This document shows positions 39,235 to 48,800 of a stretch of DNA of 48,891 nt, piece after piece. Positions within the stretch are counted from its first letter, which is position 1. Every line of letters begins with the position of its first letter. The position numbers were made by a program, and so were the translations under genes. The stretch lies in assembly GCA_965248925.1 (NCBI GenBank), contig CBDFLE010000003.1:1-48891 (forward strand). The letters are read 5' to 3'. The notes beneath the pieces were generated by a model. The model did not search any database and was not told the origin of the DNA. It saw only the letters and a list, made by a program, of their open reading frames with translations. Source of the DNA: Candidatus Multivoradales bacterium (GTDB taxonomy: Bacteria > Acidobacteriota > Thermoanaerobaculia > Multivoradales > J023).

Positions 39235-39293
39235 ACCACGCTGTTGCGAACATTCTTAGTCCGAGAATTGCCGAAGTTGGGAGCCCCATGTCG

Positions 39294-39899
39294 TTAGTCC
39301 AACTTGGTCATCACCCCGATCGGTATCCGATCAATACCGGAGCTAGATTCATCGTAGCGCAGCTCGATCACCCAAACACCAAGTCCAGGCGTCTCGATTC
39401 GGAACTCGTGTACGCCCAAGGGAATATCACGCACAAAGCCACCCGATTCGCTAAGCTGACCCAGGAGAATGCCGTCTAGCCACACGGCTGCACCACCATG
39501 TTCGCGAGAGCTAACAAGCCACATGTGCACCAACGACTGCTTCTTGCAGAGATCATATTTCAAGTGTGAAGACACTTTAGTGAAACCGCTGGTCCATGAC
39601 ACGCGATAGGTCTGCAAGAGGTCATCTTTCAGCCCAAGCCGAATTAGTGTATCGCCCTTTTGAACGACAAGAAGCTGATCGGAACTATCGGGCTCGTGAA
39701 GGGACAACTTCGCGAACTCTTTCGCGTATACCCTAAGCTCTTCTTTCGTCATCTGGCACTTCAAACCACTGACGAAGTGACCTGACTTTGCCCATGGCTT
39801 AAAAGAGCCGACAAATGGCGGCGATAGGCAGGCCGCAGAGCTAACAACCAATAGTGCGAGCAATAGGAGTCCTAGGACTGGTGTCCATCCTCTCTTCAT
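39294..39899 (-). CDS. Putative immunity lipoprotein for Rhs 2 with PEGA-like C-terminus
   Basis: ATGA-coupled to the toxin; lipobox SAAC; GAAVWLDG..LG........IPLGVHEFRIE. Confidence 0.7.
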   Translation of the reverse strand: MKRGWTPVLGLLLLALLVVSSAACLSPPFVGSFKPWAKSGHFVSGLKCQMTKEELRVYAKEFAKLSLHEPDSSDQLLVVQKGDTLIRLGLKDDLLQTYRVSWTSGFTKVSSHLKYDLCKKQSLVHMWLVSSREHGGAAVWLDGILLGQLSESGGFVRDIPLGVHEFRIETPGLGVWVIELRYDESSSGIDRIPIGVMTKLD

Positions 39900-42800
39900 C
39901 GCGCTTCTGGACACTTGGCTTTCCTGTTCTTGGATGGCTGCCCCTTATTGCCCCACCCAGGCGTTTGCCCTGACCCTACTACGTCAGGAGGCGTAAGGCC
40001 GCAGGTCTTGGCGATGGTGCTGGCGAAGGAGTTGCTGTTCGGCCCTCGAAGGAGCCGATAGCCGGATGGGTTTGGATAGTTCAGAAACTGTTGCCCAACA
40101 CACGGGTCCGTCATGCAGTCCTCCACACCACTCCAGGGTCCACACGTTGTTCTGGGGTCGTCTACCCTGTCGGTGTCGAACCAGTCATTCTTGAATTTGC
40201 ATCCCACACCCTTAACTTTCTGCAATCCGTAGGTCGTGCTTACGGATTTGCCCGAGGGGCCTCCAGAGTTTTGCTCTGTCTCGATGAAGCAGTGCTTGAA
40301 GGCTGCCAAGGATTGCCCTCGCGTGATCGGCGTGCAACAGACCCTTGATTTCTCGCCAGTCGGGTCGACGAATAAGAGAGGGTTCGCTGTGGCGTAGAGG
40401 TAGGGGTGGAAGTCACCTTGAGCACCTAGCGGGTCGGGTCGGCTATAGCTGCCGGTGCCAGATTGATACCACCGTAGAACGTTGAAGAAGGAAGGGCTAC
40501 CCACATCCCAAGTTGCATCCGCCCACTGCCCCGGAAGGCGCAGGAAAACGCCTGCGTCCCCGGCATTCGCGAAGTCACTGCCGAAGGGTTCGAATCCGCC
40601 ACTCCAGTTCGAGCCGCCAACACTGCTAGAAGCTAGCACCGGTGTGCCAAGGTGGTCTGCCGTGAGGTGGGTTACACCGGTCCCGCTGGTCTGGGCTACA
40701 GGCTGTCCCCCGAAGTAGAGCACTGCATTGGCCTCGGTGGCACCCACTCGCCGCTGCAGGACGCCATCGGCACTGTAGGTGGCCGATGTGGCCGTCTCGG
40801 CCATGCAGCTACTGGCTCCGGGATCACCCCAAGCGCTGATGTCGCCGCTTTCAAAGCCATCGCAGAAGAGAGCGTTGCCCGAAGTGTCGGGCTCGCGGCC
40901 GACTGCTTGGCGTAGGTAGCTGCGACCGTCGTACAGCATCGTCGAGCTGGCCTGTGCCGAAGGGTGATCAATGGCCGACAAGCGGCCAGCATCATCGAAA
41001 GTGTAGGTCACCGGGTCGCCGTTCTCGTCGACCTCGATTTGGTTGCCGGCTGCGTCGAAGGTGTAGACGCGACTGCCACCCGCACCGAGTGCAATCTGGT
41101 CGAGTTTCGCGGTATTGCCGCTAGCGGCAGCGTTGGCGAGGTACTGGTAGATGTCGGTAGCGCCGTCCCGCGTTTCGCTGAGACGGTTGCCGATTTTGTC
41201 GTAGGCCCAGGCCAGAGCGCCCCAAGGGCCGTCGCCCTGGGTGAGGAAATACTGGTAGTCCTGGTAGGCGTAGGTGCGGTTGTTCAGCGAATCGAGCAGA
41301 TCGCCGATGACGGTGATGTTGCCGACCCCATCGGTAGCGTAGTCCCAGTCGAGCAAGGTGCCGCCAGGGCCGACCGCTGTGATGCTGGCGGGTTGATAGC
41401 GGCTGTCGTGCTGGCGGCTTTCGGTCACACCATTGCCGCGCGTCAGCTGGCGCAGTGGGCCGATGGGTTGGTAGAGGGCTCCCGTGACGATCGCTTGGAT
41501 GCCCTGGCCTGGCACCTCGGCATCGAGCGTCAGGTGACGGTCAGCGTGATCGAAGGTGTAGATTGCCCTCACTCCACCAGGGTACAGGATCTCGCTCTGG
41601 TTGCCGTTGGTGTCGAAGGTGTACGCCAGCTCGCCGTCTTGGGTCATGCGCCCGAATCGATCGTACTGATAGTCGATCGGCTGGCCGTCACGCTCGATCC
41701 GGGTCAGCCGGCCAAGGCTGAAGGGCACCAGCGCGTCATCGTAGGTGTAGGTCACGTCGAGGGTGTCGTCGGGGTAGTCGACCAGAGTGACCCGATCCAG
41801 CTCATCGAGAGTGCGCAGGGTGGAGATGCTGCGTGCATCGGTCGTCTCTGTGCGCTCGCTGTGCTCGTTGTACAGATGGCTTGTGACGCCAGAGACCTCG
41901 GAGGTCTCGCGGGTCAGCAGATCTCGATCGCTGTGGACGTAGCTGGTGACCGTGCCCTCTGGGTCCGTCACCGAGGTCAGATGATCCTGAACGTCAAAGC
42001 CGTAGGTCGTCACGGCTTGGCCGCCGGCCGCGCCGCCGAATGGCTGGCTGACCGTGGTCAATCGGTCGAGTGGGTCATAGCCATAGACCGTGCTGGCTGC
42101 CGCAGTCTGGCCCGCCGATGGATGGTTCGCGTCCCACAAGCGTTCGAGGTCGCCATCGCAGTTGTAGGCGTACTCGGTGATCGCCTGTTCGGGGCTGCCC
42201 GCGCCTTCGATCATCTGGTCGAGATGGCAGCGGGTCGAGTACAGGTAGTCGGTAGTCGACGCACTCGTCCAGCTCGCGCCGTCCCAGCTTTGCAGCTCTT
42301 CGCGCACCCGGTGGCCAAAGCCATCGAGGGTGTAGAAAGTGCGTTCGATGTGGCTCCCCGGCAGGTCATCGGGCTTGCGTTCGATGGACACCAAGCGGCC
42401 TGTGGGGTCGTAGCCGTACTCGAGCACGTTGCCGCGCGGCAGGACGGTTTGGAAGAGGTCGCCAAAGACCGTGTAGCGCTGCTCGGTGATCAGGTCTTCG
42501 GCCATTACCGCGCCTTTCTGGATGCTGAACAGAACACGATTGAGCGGGTCGTACTGCGTTTCGCTGGCTACGCCGTTGGGGTCGGTGACGGAGGTTCGGC
42601 GGTTGAAGGGGTCATAGCCGAAGAGGGAGCTACCGATCAGCGGATCGGTACGGCTGGCCAGCACCAGGCCGCCACGGGCAGCGTCCCAGGCGCGGGTGGT
42701 GACATCGGCGGTGCCATAGCCGGGTAGATCGCGGTCTTCGGGTTGGCCCTCGGCGGTGTAAGTGGTCGTGGTGGTGTAGCTGAAGACTTGGCCGTCTTCT

Positions 42801-44650
42801 ACCCCTTCGTCGATGCGGTCGGTGGCGTTGCCCTGGCCACTGAGGGTGAAGGTGGTACGGCGGAAATCGAAAGGGCTGCCGGTGGTCGAGGGGCGCTCGA
42901 TCTCGGTGATCAGGGCCGGGTAGGTGGGATCTCGCTGCCAGGTCGTTTCGCGCTCCTGCGCCGTGCCCAGAGCTTCGACACGGGAGATTGCTTGACCGTT
43001 GGCGTCGTAGGTGGTCAGGGTCGTTGTGCCGCCGCCGTCAATCTGGCGAGTGGGGCGCAGGGGGTGCGCCGGATCTTCATAGAACAGCCGGCTGTTGGGG
43101 CCGGTGCCGCAGCTTGGGCAGGAGCCTTCGAGCTGCTCCAGGCGAGGCTTGCGGCTCTCGGAGTCGCGGCCCAAGGTGTAGGTGGAGATCTCACCCATGG
43201 GGTCGGTCACCGTGGTCACCATCGGCAGCTGGGGATCGTCGAAGCTCATCGACCAGCGATCGACGGCGCCGGCATCGTTGAAGTTGGCCGCGCCTTTCCA
43301 CATTTGCACTACATTGCCAAATGGATCATAGGCCCAGGAGCCAGCGATCCGCTCGCTAGCGTCTGTACCCTCCAGACTCATTCGGGTCATGTAGCCCGGC
43401 AAGGTTGGGTCATCGTAGAGGAAAACCCAGGCGGTGCCGTCGGGTCGGTCGATGCGGGTGAGGTCTTGACCGGTGTAGGTGTAACCCCAAGTTCGACTGG
43501 TGGTGCCGTCTACTCCAATTTCTGTAATCGAGTCCAGCTTGCCGCCCGCCGAGTAGGTGAAGGTCTCCGAGCGACCCTCGGGGAAGCTGACGGCGGTCAG
43601 CCGGCCGGTGCCATCGCGGGTGGCGGTCTTGGCGTTGCCGTTGCGGTCGGTGGTCGAGGACCATAGGCCGGTGTCGTCGAATTGCATCAGGGTGCCGTCT
43701 AGATCGAGCAGCGTCCAGCCGGTCGGGGTCTTGGTCAGGATGCGGTACTCATCGCTGGGAATAGTGCGGTCGTAGTCCCCATCCATGTCTAGGTCTGTGA
43801 AACGGCGGAACGTAGCGTAGCGAGTCAGCAGCCAGACGTTGCTGTCGTCGGGGTCGCGAGCGATGCGTTCCGCATACTCGTGACTCCAGTAGCGCCCCAG
43901 CTCGGCGGTGATGCCGGCCGAGCCGGGGTAGGTCGGGTGGCCGACGCCGCCCGCGTAATAGCGCAGCAGCGCGCCGGGGCCGCTCTGCGGCGGCGAGGCG
44001 CCACCGCCACCACCACCGGCGCTACCGCCTATTCCGCTGCCACCACCGACGCAGGTAGGGCAACTCTGATCTTCCGGGCAGCCGCTGGGCGGGGGCGGGG
44101 GTGGGCACAGGGGCGACAGGCTGAAGTCGACGACTTGGGTGGTTTCTTTCGGGCAATGGGGACAGAGGCCGAAGGCACAGGGACAGGCGGTGGCGGTGAT
44201 CGTGTAGCTGGCCATCAGGTCGCTGCAAGAGCTGGTGATGCCCCAGCTCAAGGTACCGTGATCTTCCTCGATCACCGCGCCCGAGAGACCGCAGGTGCCC
44301 AGGGTACCGCCGCCGCTGGGGGTCACCGTGACCGTGGCGAAGCTGTAGAGGAAGCCCGAGGCGCTGGGGTCGTTTTGGTGGTTGCCGGAAAAGTCGATCG
44401 GCACTTCGATGGTGATGGCGCAGGATTCGATCGCCGGGTCGCAGCCAGCCTCGGGGGTGAAGGTGGCACCGGAGATGACCGGCGTGTAGCAGCGGGCGCC
44501 GGTGGAGCAGTTCGAGGGTTGGTCAGCGAAGAGTCCTTGTTCGAGGTAAGTGAGGACGCCGCTGCAGGCGGTACCGGCTTGCAGTGCTGTTGCCAGGCTT
44601 AGAACGCTGAGGAAACTGATGACGAGGAAGAGGCTTACGGATCGGATCAC
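39896..44650 (-). CDS. Rhs/YD-repeat polymorphic toxin 2 with permuted papain-like (DUF3750/PPPDE-like) tip
   Basis: Paralogue of Rhs 1; DPTGE cleavage motif; tip has HCFI...Y....GPNSNSF...PGW. Confidence 0.88.
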   Translation of the reverse strand: MIRSVSLFLVISFLSVLSLATALQAGTACSGVLTYLEQGLFADQPSNCSTGARCYTPVISGATFTPEAGCDPAIESCAITIEVPIDFSGNHQNDPSASGFLYSFATVTVTPSGGGTLGTCGLSGAVIEEDHGTLSWGITSSCSDLMASYTITATACPCAFGLCPHCPKETTQVVDFSLSPLCPPPPPPSGCPEDQSCPTCVGGGSGIGGSAGGGGGGASPPQSGPGALLRYYAGGVGHPTYPGSAGITAELGRYWSHEYAERIARDPDDSNVWLLTRYATFRRFTDLDMDGDYDRTIPSDEYRILTKTPTGWTLLDLDGTLMQFDDTGLWSSTTDRNGNAKTATRDGTGRLTAVSFPEGRSETFTYSAGGKLDSITEIGVDGTTSRTWGYTYTGQDLTRIDRPDGTAWVFLYDDPTLPGYMTRMSLEGTDASERIAGSWAYDPFGNVVQMWKGAANFNDAGAVDRWSMSFDDPQLPMVTTVTDPMGEISTYTLGRDSESRKPRLEQLEGSCPSCGTGPNSRLFYEDPAHPLRPTRQIDGGGTTTLTTYDANGQAISRVEALGTAQERETTWQRDPTYPALITEIERPSTTGSPFDFRRTTFTLSGQGNATDRIDEGVEDGQVFSYTTTTTYTAEGQPEDRDLPGYGTADVTTRAWDAARGGLVLASRTDPLIGSSLFGYDPFNRRTSVTDPNGVASETQYDPLNRVLFSIQKGAVMAEDLITEQRYTVFGDLFQTVLPRGNVLEYGYDPTGRLVSIERKPDDLPGSHIERTFYTLDGFGHRVREELQSWDGASWTSASTTDYLYSTRCHLDQMIEGAGSPEQAITEYAYNCDGDLERLWDANHPSAGQTAAASTVYGYDPLDRLTTVSQPFGGAAGGQAVTTYGFDVQDHLTSVTDPEGTVTSYVHSDRDLLTRETSEVSGVTSHLYNEHSERTETTDARSISTLRTLDELDRVTLVDYPDDTLDVTYTYDDALVPFSLGRLTRIERDGQPIDYQYDRFGRMTQDGELAYTFDTNGNQSEILYPGGVRAIYTFDHADRHLTLDAEVPGQGIQAIVTGALYQPIGPLRQLTRGNGVTESRQHDSRYQPASITAVGPGGTLLDWDYATDGVGNITVIGDLLDSLNNRTYAYQDYQYFLTQGDGPWGALAWAYDKIGNRLSETRDGATDIYQYLANAAASGNTAKLDQIALGAGGSRVYTFDAAGNQIEVDENGDPVTYTFDDAGRLSAIDHPSAQASSTMLYDGRSYLRQAVGREPDTSGNALFCDGFESGDISAWGDPGASSCMAETATSATYSADGVLQRRVGATEANAVLYFGGQPVAQTSGTGVTHLTADHLGTPVLASSSVGGSNWSGGFEPFGSDFANAGDAGVFLRLPGQWADATWDVGSPSFFNVLRWYQSGTGSYSRPDPLGAQGDFHPYLYATANPLLFVDPTGEKSRVCCTPITRGQSLAAFKHCFIETEQNSGGPSGKSVSTTYGLQKVKGVGCKFKNDWFDTDRVDDPRTTCGPWSGVEDCMTDPCVGQQFLNYPNPSGYRLLRGPNSNSFASTIAKTCGLTPPDVVGSGQTPGWGNKGQPSKNRKAKCPEAR

Positions 44651-44663
44651 AATAATTCTCCTT
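40517..44663 (-). repeat. 4147-bp inverted repeat, copy 2 (rhs core)
   Basis: Reverse complement aligns without gaps to 12662-16808. Confidence 0.9.
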
Positions 44664-44840
44664 GTTTCTAGCTGCTACCCACGTCTCTTAGACTCTGTAG
44701 AGCGAGCGCGGGTTCCGACATCGTTGGTCTTGAGCTAGAACGGACCTTTGTTCCCGATCCCAATGACCCCGAAGATAGTAAGTTCTATTGATAATACGCA
44801 ATTTCTCTGTCGTTTGCAAGCCTCTTGAGCGCTGACGCGA

Positions 44841-44927
44841 GCTGCAGGAGGTGATCCGGCTGGCCGCACACCCGCCGTGGCCATGCCCCGTCACCAGGCC
44901 GGCGACGTACTGCGGGCAGGAGCGCTC
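44841..44927 (+). pseudogene. Degenerate integrase 3' fragment
   Basis: ctgcaggaggtgat...cacacccgccgtggccatgc...caccaggccggcgacgtactgcgg matches 36757-36840 with indels. Confidence 0.65.
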
Positions 44928-45256
44928 GGGGTTCAATCTCCTCTCATCCCTACCCAGCAGAGACCCAACCCGCCCGAGATCCACAGATCTGCAAGGAGCA
45001 AGCGGTGTTGTTGTTACACAACAACGAACTTTTGCGCCTCCCTACGGTCGCTGGCTGGGCTGCGGGGAGCTGCTCGGAGAGGCTCAGCCGACGCCTCGGG
45101 GGGCTTTCTCGATGGCTTCGCGACGGGGCCGGCTCGGCGAATTTCGATGCTGGGAGGGCCAGAACTCTCTAGCAAACTCTGGCGAGCCCTTGTAGGCTAC
45201 TGGCCATATGTTGATCTCAGAACCAATAGAGAGAGAGGATGAGATAGGAGCTTCGA

Positions 45257-46222
45257 ATGAGAAGTATTGCTCGCACTCTGACCACCACATGGATCGGCTT
45301 GGCGCTGTTCTTGCCGAGTTCGTCCTGGTCGAGTCAGATCGCAAAGGACCCTGCACGAATCGCCAATTGCCCCTCTGAGTCCGTGGGCGAGTCCATGCCC
45401 AGCATGCCGGCAGGTCTGATTTTCCAGACCAATGATTTGGCGCCCGAGCGCCGTACCGAGATCCTGACAACCCTCCCCGGCGTCGAGATCGATCCCGAAC
45501 GCAGAGTGTCGGCACCTTGGCCAAGCACCACCGTGGACCCCGAAACCGGCCTTTGCTTGAAGGTCTGGGAATCGAGCTACGGAAGCATTACCGAGGAATA
45601 CAACACCCGGCCGAAGTCTGGCGATACGTGGTTAGCCACGGTCACGACGAAGGCATTCGGGCAGACCTTCACCGTGACCCGCGAGCGTGAGCCTGGCGGC
45701 GGCGATCGAGTCACCGATAACTACGGCGGATCGAGGCTCGAAAGCCACGATGAGCACGGTCGAGTAACCCACGTCGAGGATTCACACGGCGAAATCCTCT
45801 CTGTCCGCTACTACCCGCGCGGCCTGCGGCCCTGGATCCGTATCGACGGTCACCTGTGGCTGAAAACGATCTACCCGAAAGATCGGCTGAGCGATTGGCA
45901 AGAGCTGCATCTAATCGGCATTGCCGATCACCGAGTCTACGCAGCTTGGTACCAATCGACACCGCCAACGTTGCCAGCGGCCCGGCTTGGATTCCCCAGC
46001 ACCGTAGCCCGGTGGGACGAGCTGAACCCTACCGGTTCAATGGTAGTGAAATACCACCGGGATGAACCCTACGCCTATTCCCCAATCGACGGAGAGGGTG
46101 AGATCTGGCGTACCGTCTATCTGCCTTTCCAGAGCACTCGAATTAGCTACACTGACAAGGAGATCCGCCTCACTACTCGCGGTGAAACGGTGACCTGGCG
46201 CCGTGGGGAGCTGCCGAGATGA
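45257..46222 (+). CDS. Secreted hypothetical protein with short YD-like beta-hairpin repeats
   Basis: RBS AGGAG; signal peptide; TDNYGGSRLESHDEHGRVTHVEDSHG. Confidence 0.6.
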   Translation: MRSIARTLTTTWIGLALFLPSSSWSSQIAKDPARIANCPSESVGESMPSMPAGLIFQTNDLAPERRTEILTTLPGVEIDPERRVSAPWPSTTVDPETGLCLKVWESSYGSITEEYNTRPKSGDTWLATVTTKAFGQTFTVTREREPGGGDRVTDNYGGSRLESHDEHGRVTHVEDSHGEILSVRYYPRGLRPWIRIDGHLWLKTIYPKDRLSDWQELHLIGIADHRVYAAWYQSTPPTLPAARLGFPSTVARWDELNPTGSMVVKYHRDEPYAYSPIDGEGEIWRTVYLPFQSTRISYTDKEIRLTTRGETVTWRRGELPR

Positions 46223-46848
46223 CCGGGCAGCGGTGGTGTCTGGCGGGTGCTTTGGCACTCGCCGCGGTAGCTATGGGTGTGGCTCTACCGGTATCGGCCG
46301 AGTCGTGTATTTTCGAGAACTTCACGGATTTAGGCTGCGAGCCTGACGACTATGAATGTCTCGAAGCGGAAGGTGATTACTGGTGTACAGACGGGGGCGG
46401 CGCCAGTGGCGGTGGCGGTAACGGTGCCCTTACCTCCCAACAGTCGCGAAATCTAGCAGCGGGCAAAAGCAAGGCGGCCGAGGCATTTGACGACCCTCCC
46501 AATGCCAACGTCAATTGTCCTGCTGCTTTTGATGTGATCCGAGCGCTGCCCGGCGGCAGCGGGATGGACAATCGCGACCCGCGACAGTTGATCTACACTG
46601 TCGCCTACAAGAACGGAATCGGTAATTCAAACCATTGCCCCAGCAGTACACAAATCGCCTCTGCGGAAGTCGGGGGTGGAGGCACGACGATCTATCTCTG
46701 CCGAGGATTCAATGTATCGAGGAGTGACGTTGATAACGCCACCACTGTTTTACACGAGATTGCCCATTTGAAAGGGTGGCATCACACGACTGACGCGCAA
46801 AGCTTGCAGGGAACGATTGCTATCGAGAACCGCTGCTTTCCCGAATAG
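46219..46848 (+). CDS. Secreted HEXXH zinc metallopeptidase-like protein (M35-like)
   Basis: ATGA-coupled; signal peptide (VSA-E); IYLC...TVLHEIAH. Confidence 0.7.
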   Translation: MTGQRWCLAGALALAAVAMGVALPVSAESCIFENFTDLGCEPDDYECLEAEGDYWCTDGGGASGGGGNGALTSQQSRNLAAGKSKAAEAFDDPPNANVNCPAAFDVIRALPGGSGMDNRDPRQLIYTVAYKNGIGNSNHCPSSTQIASAEVGGGGTTIYLCRGFNVSRSDVDNATTVLHEIAHLKGWHHTTDAQSLQGTIAIENRCFPE

Positions 46849-47180
46849 GCCCACTGTCTGAGGGACACCGTGCCAAACCGGTCTGCTGCCCTCAGCTGTT
46901 TCTCGCTGGCGGTGAACTCGCCCCCCTGGCTTGGTTCACCGCTGGCAACTCTCCCCTCTGCACCAGTTCCAGATCAAAGCTCAACCCGACCCCTCCCCCC
47001 TGGCGATAGCCCCCCAGCCTTCGGTCCAGACGATCACCTGGCGATCGAGCAACTTCCGCAACTCAACTTCGCGAATCTGGTAGCCTGTTCTCTCTCATCT
47101 GCTGCTCTCTATTGCTTTTCGGAACCACGCTGCCGGCCTACGGCGGGGACTATCACCAAGCCTGATTTGGAGGATGTCCC

Positions 47181-47876
47181 ATGCCGAAGTATCTACCCTG
47201 CACCCTGCTGGCCGCCGCGCTGATCTCACTGCTCTTGTTCGCCACCGTGCCGCTGTCCGGCGCCCTATGCACGCAGCGCAAAGACTGTATCGAACTTGTC
47301 GAGATCCCTTGTTTCGCGGGCGACCTGGCGGCCGTCGAAGTGGCTGTCATGACCGGGGAGTGGAAGCGAGCCCAACGCCTGGCCAAGAGGCTCGATCGGC
47401 GGGTGATCGACAAAGCAGCCGCTGGTTCTGAATGTGTTCGCCCCACCTTGGCCAGATTGGCGGCTTTACGCGCGATCGCCCTGGCTAGCTCTGGAGATCT
47501 GGAGCCGGCTCTATGGCTGTGGCTCGGCGCGGAGGCCCTCGACGCTGAGCAGCTACCCGACCTGGCCGACTTCCCCACCTCGGCGGCGCTCGGCGTCCAG
47601 CGCGAACCCATGCCCATGCTTCGCCCGGCCTCTCTTGAGGTGACTCGCGAAGAACACCGGCGGCGCTCCACTCCGCCCCGTCTCTTCACCGCGCTCATGG
47701 GACGCAGGATCAAGGGCTCGGCTAGCGTCACCGGAGATCTCACGGCCGCGGGCTTGCCGGCAGCTGTGCGGATCGATTCGGCATCTGCACGGATCGCTTA
47801 CGTAGTCCTCGATCTGTGCTCCGTTGTGCGCCGGCCCGAGGGCGTGCCCCGCTTCAGCTGCAATCAGTCCTTCTAG
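47181..47876 (+). CDS. Exported hypothetical protein, possibly with a degenerate TonB-like C-terminus
   Basis: RBS GGAGG; signal peptide; helical region, then PPRL...IKGSASVTGDLTAAG.P..VRI. Confidence 0.45.
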   Translation: MPKYLPCTLLAAALISLLLFATVPLSGALCTQRKDCIELVEIPCFAGDLAAVEVAVMTGEWKRAQRLAKRLDRRVIDKAAAGSECVRPTLARLAALRAIALASSGDLEPALWLWLGAEALDAEQLPDLADFPTSAALGVQREPMPMLRPASLEVTREEHRRRSTPPRLFTALMGRRIKGSASVTGDLTAAGLPAAVRIDSASARIAYVVLDLCSVVRRPEGVPRFSCNQSF

Positions 47877-48092
47877 CCTCGTCACAGGGGTACGGAACGC
47901 TCTGGCGCTCCCTGCCCGCACCCGCACCCCCCCAGCTCTGCGACGCTGGCTTTCTCTCTCTCTGCTTGCGTCGCGTCTCGCGGGCAGTGTCGCTCCTGGG
48001 CACTGCCCGCCCTTTTTTCACCGCTGAACTGGTGCTCGACTCCGTCGGCTACGGCTGTGGCAATCGATGGCAGGAGCACTAAGGGGCAAGGT

Positions 48093-48132
48093 TCCTAGAA
48101 TTCTGGTATCCTAGGAAAATAGAATTCTAGGA
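48093..48132. repeat. Array of five 8-bp CTAG-core repeats upstream of parA (putative centromere/operator)
   Basis: tcctagaa ttctggta tcctagga aaatagaa ttctagga. Confidence 0.7.
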
Positions 48133-48149
48133 AAGGAACTCATCAGACC

Positions 48150-48776
48150 GTGCAAACCATTGGAATGCTCGCCCAGAAGGGCGGCGTAGGAAAGACCACG
48201 CTGGCCCTGCATTGGGCCGTATGCGCCCAACAGTCCGGAAGTTCAGCAGCCATCATCGACGCGGATACTCAGGGCTCCGCGGCATCTTGGGGCCGTCGCC
48301 GGCAACACGACACGCCAGCGGTGCTTGAGGTTGACCCTCACGGGCAGGAGCTGAGCCAAGCCATCGAGGCATGTAGGAACGGCGGAATAGCCTTCACCTT
48401 CATCGACACCATGCCCAGGATCGAGGCACCGAGCGCCCAGGCTGCCCGCTTGAGTGACCTGGTGGTGATCCCCTGCGGCCCTACGGTGCTGGATATCGAA
48501 GCGATCGGCGCGACGATCGACATTGCCCAGGGTGTCGGAGCCCGGCCGGTGATCGTGCTGAATCAGTGCCGGCACTCCTCCGGCATCAACGACCAAGCGG
48601 CCGAGACTCTCAGCGACTACGGCCTGCCGGTCTGCCCGGTCCACATCAAACGGCGAGCCGCTCTTGAAGACGCTTTCATCGATGGCCGTGCCGTCAATGA
48701 AGTGGAGCCCAGCGGTAGAGCAACCGATGAGATCCGCCGATCCTGGCTGTGGCTTCAAGATCAGCTAGAATCCTAG
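48150..48776 (+). CDS. parA: ParA-family (type Ib, ParF-like) partition ATPase
   Basis: QKGGVGKTT deviant Walker A, IDADTQGS, FIDT.P; 208 aa with no N-terminal HTH. Confidence 0.92.
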   Translation: MQTIGMLAQKGGVGKTTLALHWAVCAQQSGSSAAIIDADTQGSAASWGRRRQHDTPAVLEVDPHGQELSQAIEACRNGGIAFTFIDTMPRIEAPSAQAARLSDLVVIPCGPTVLDIEAIGATIDIAQGVGARPVIVLNQCRHSSGINDQAAETLSDYGLPVCPVHIKRRAALEDAFIDGRAVNEVEPSGRATDEIRRSWLWLQDQLES

Positions 48777-48794
48777 AACTCTAGAATCCAAGGA
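48763..48794. repeat. Array of four 8-bp CTAG-core repeats between parA and parG
   Basis: agctagaa tcctagaa ctctagaa tccaagga, overlapping the parA stop and the next RBS. Confidence 0.7.
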
Positions 48795-48800
48795 GACGCG

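Noticed and set aside
40964-43666. Long plus-strand ORFs (587 and 307 aa)
   Set aside because: Antisense shadows of the GC-rich rhs 2 gene; the same applies to shadows over rhs 1, the nuclease and the tnpA genes.
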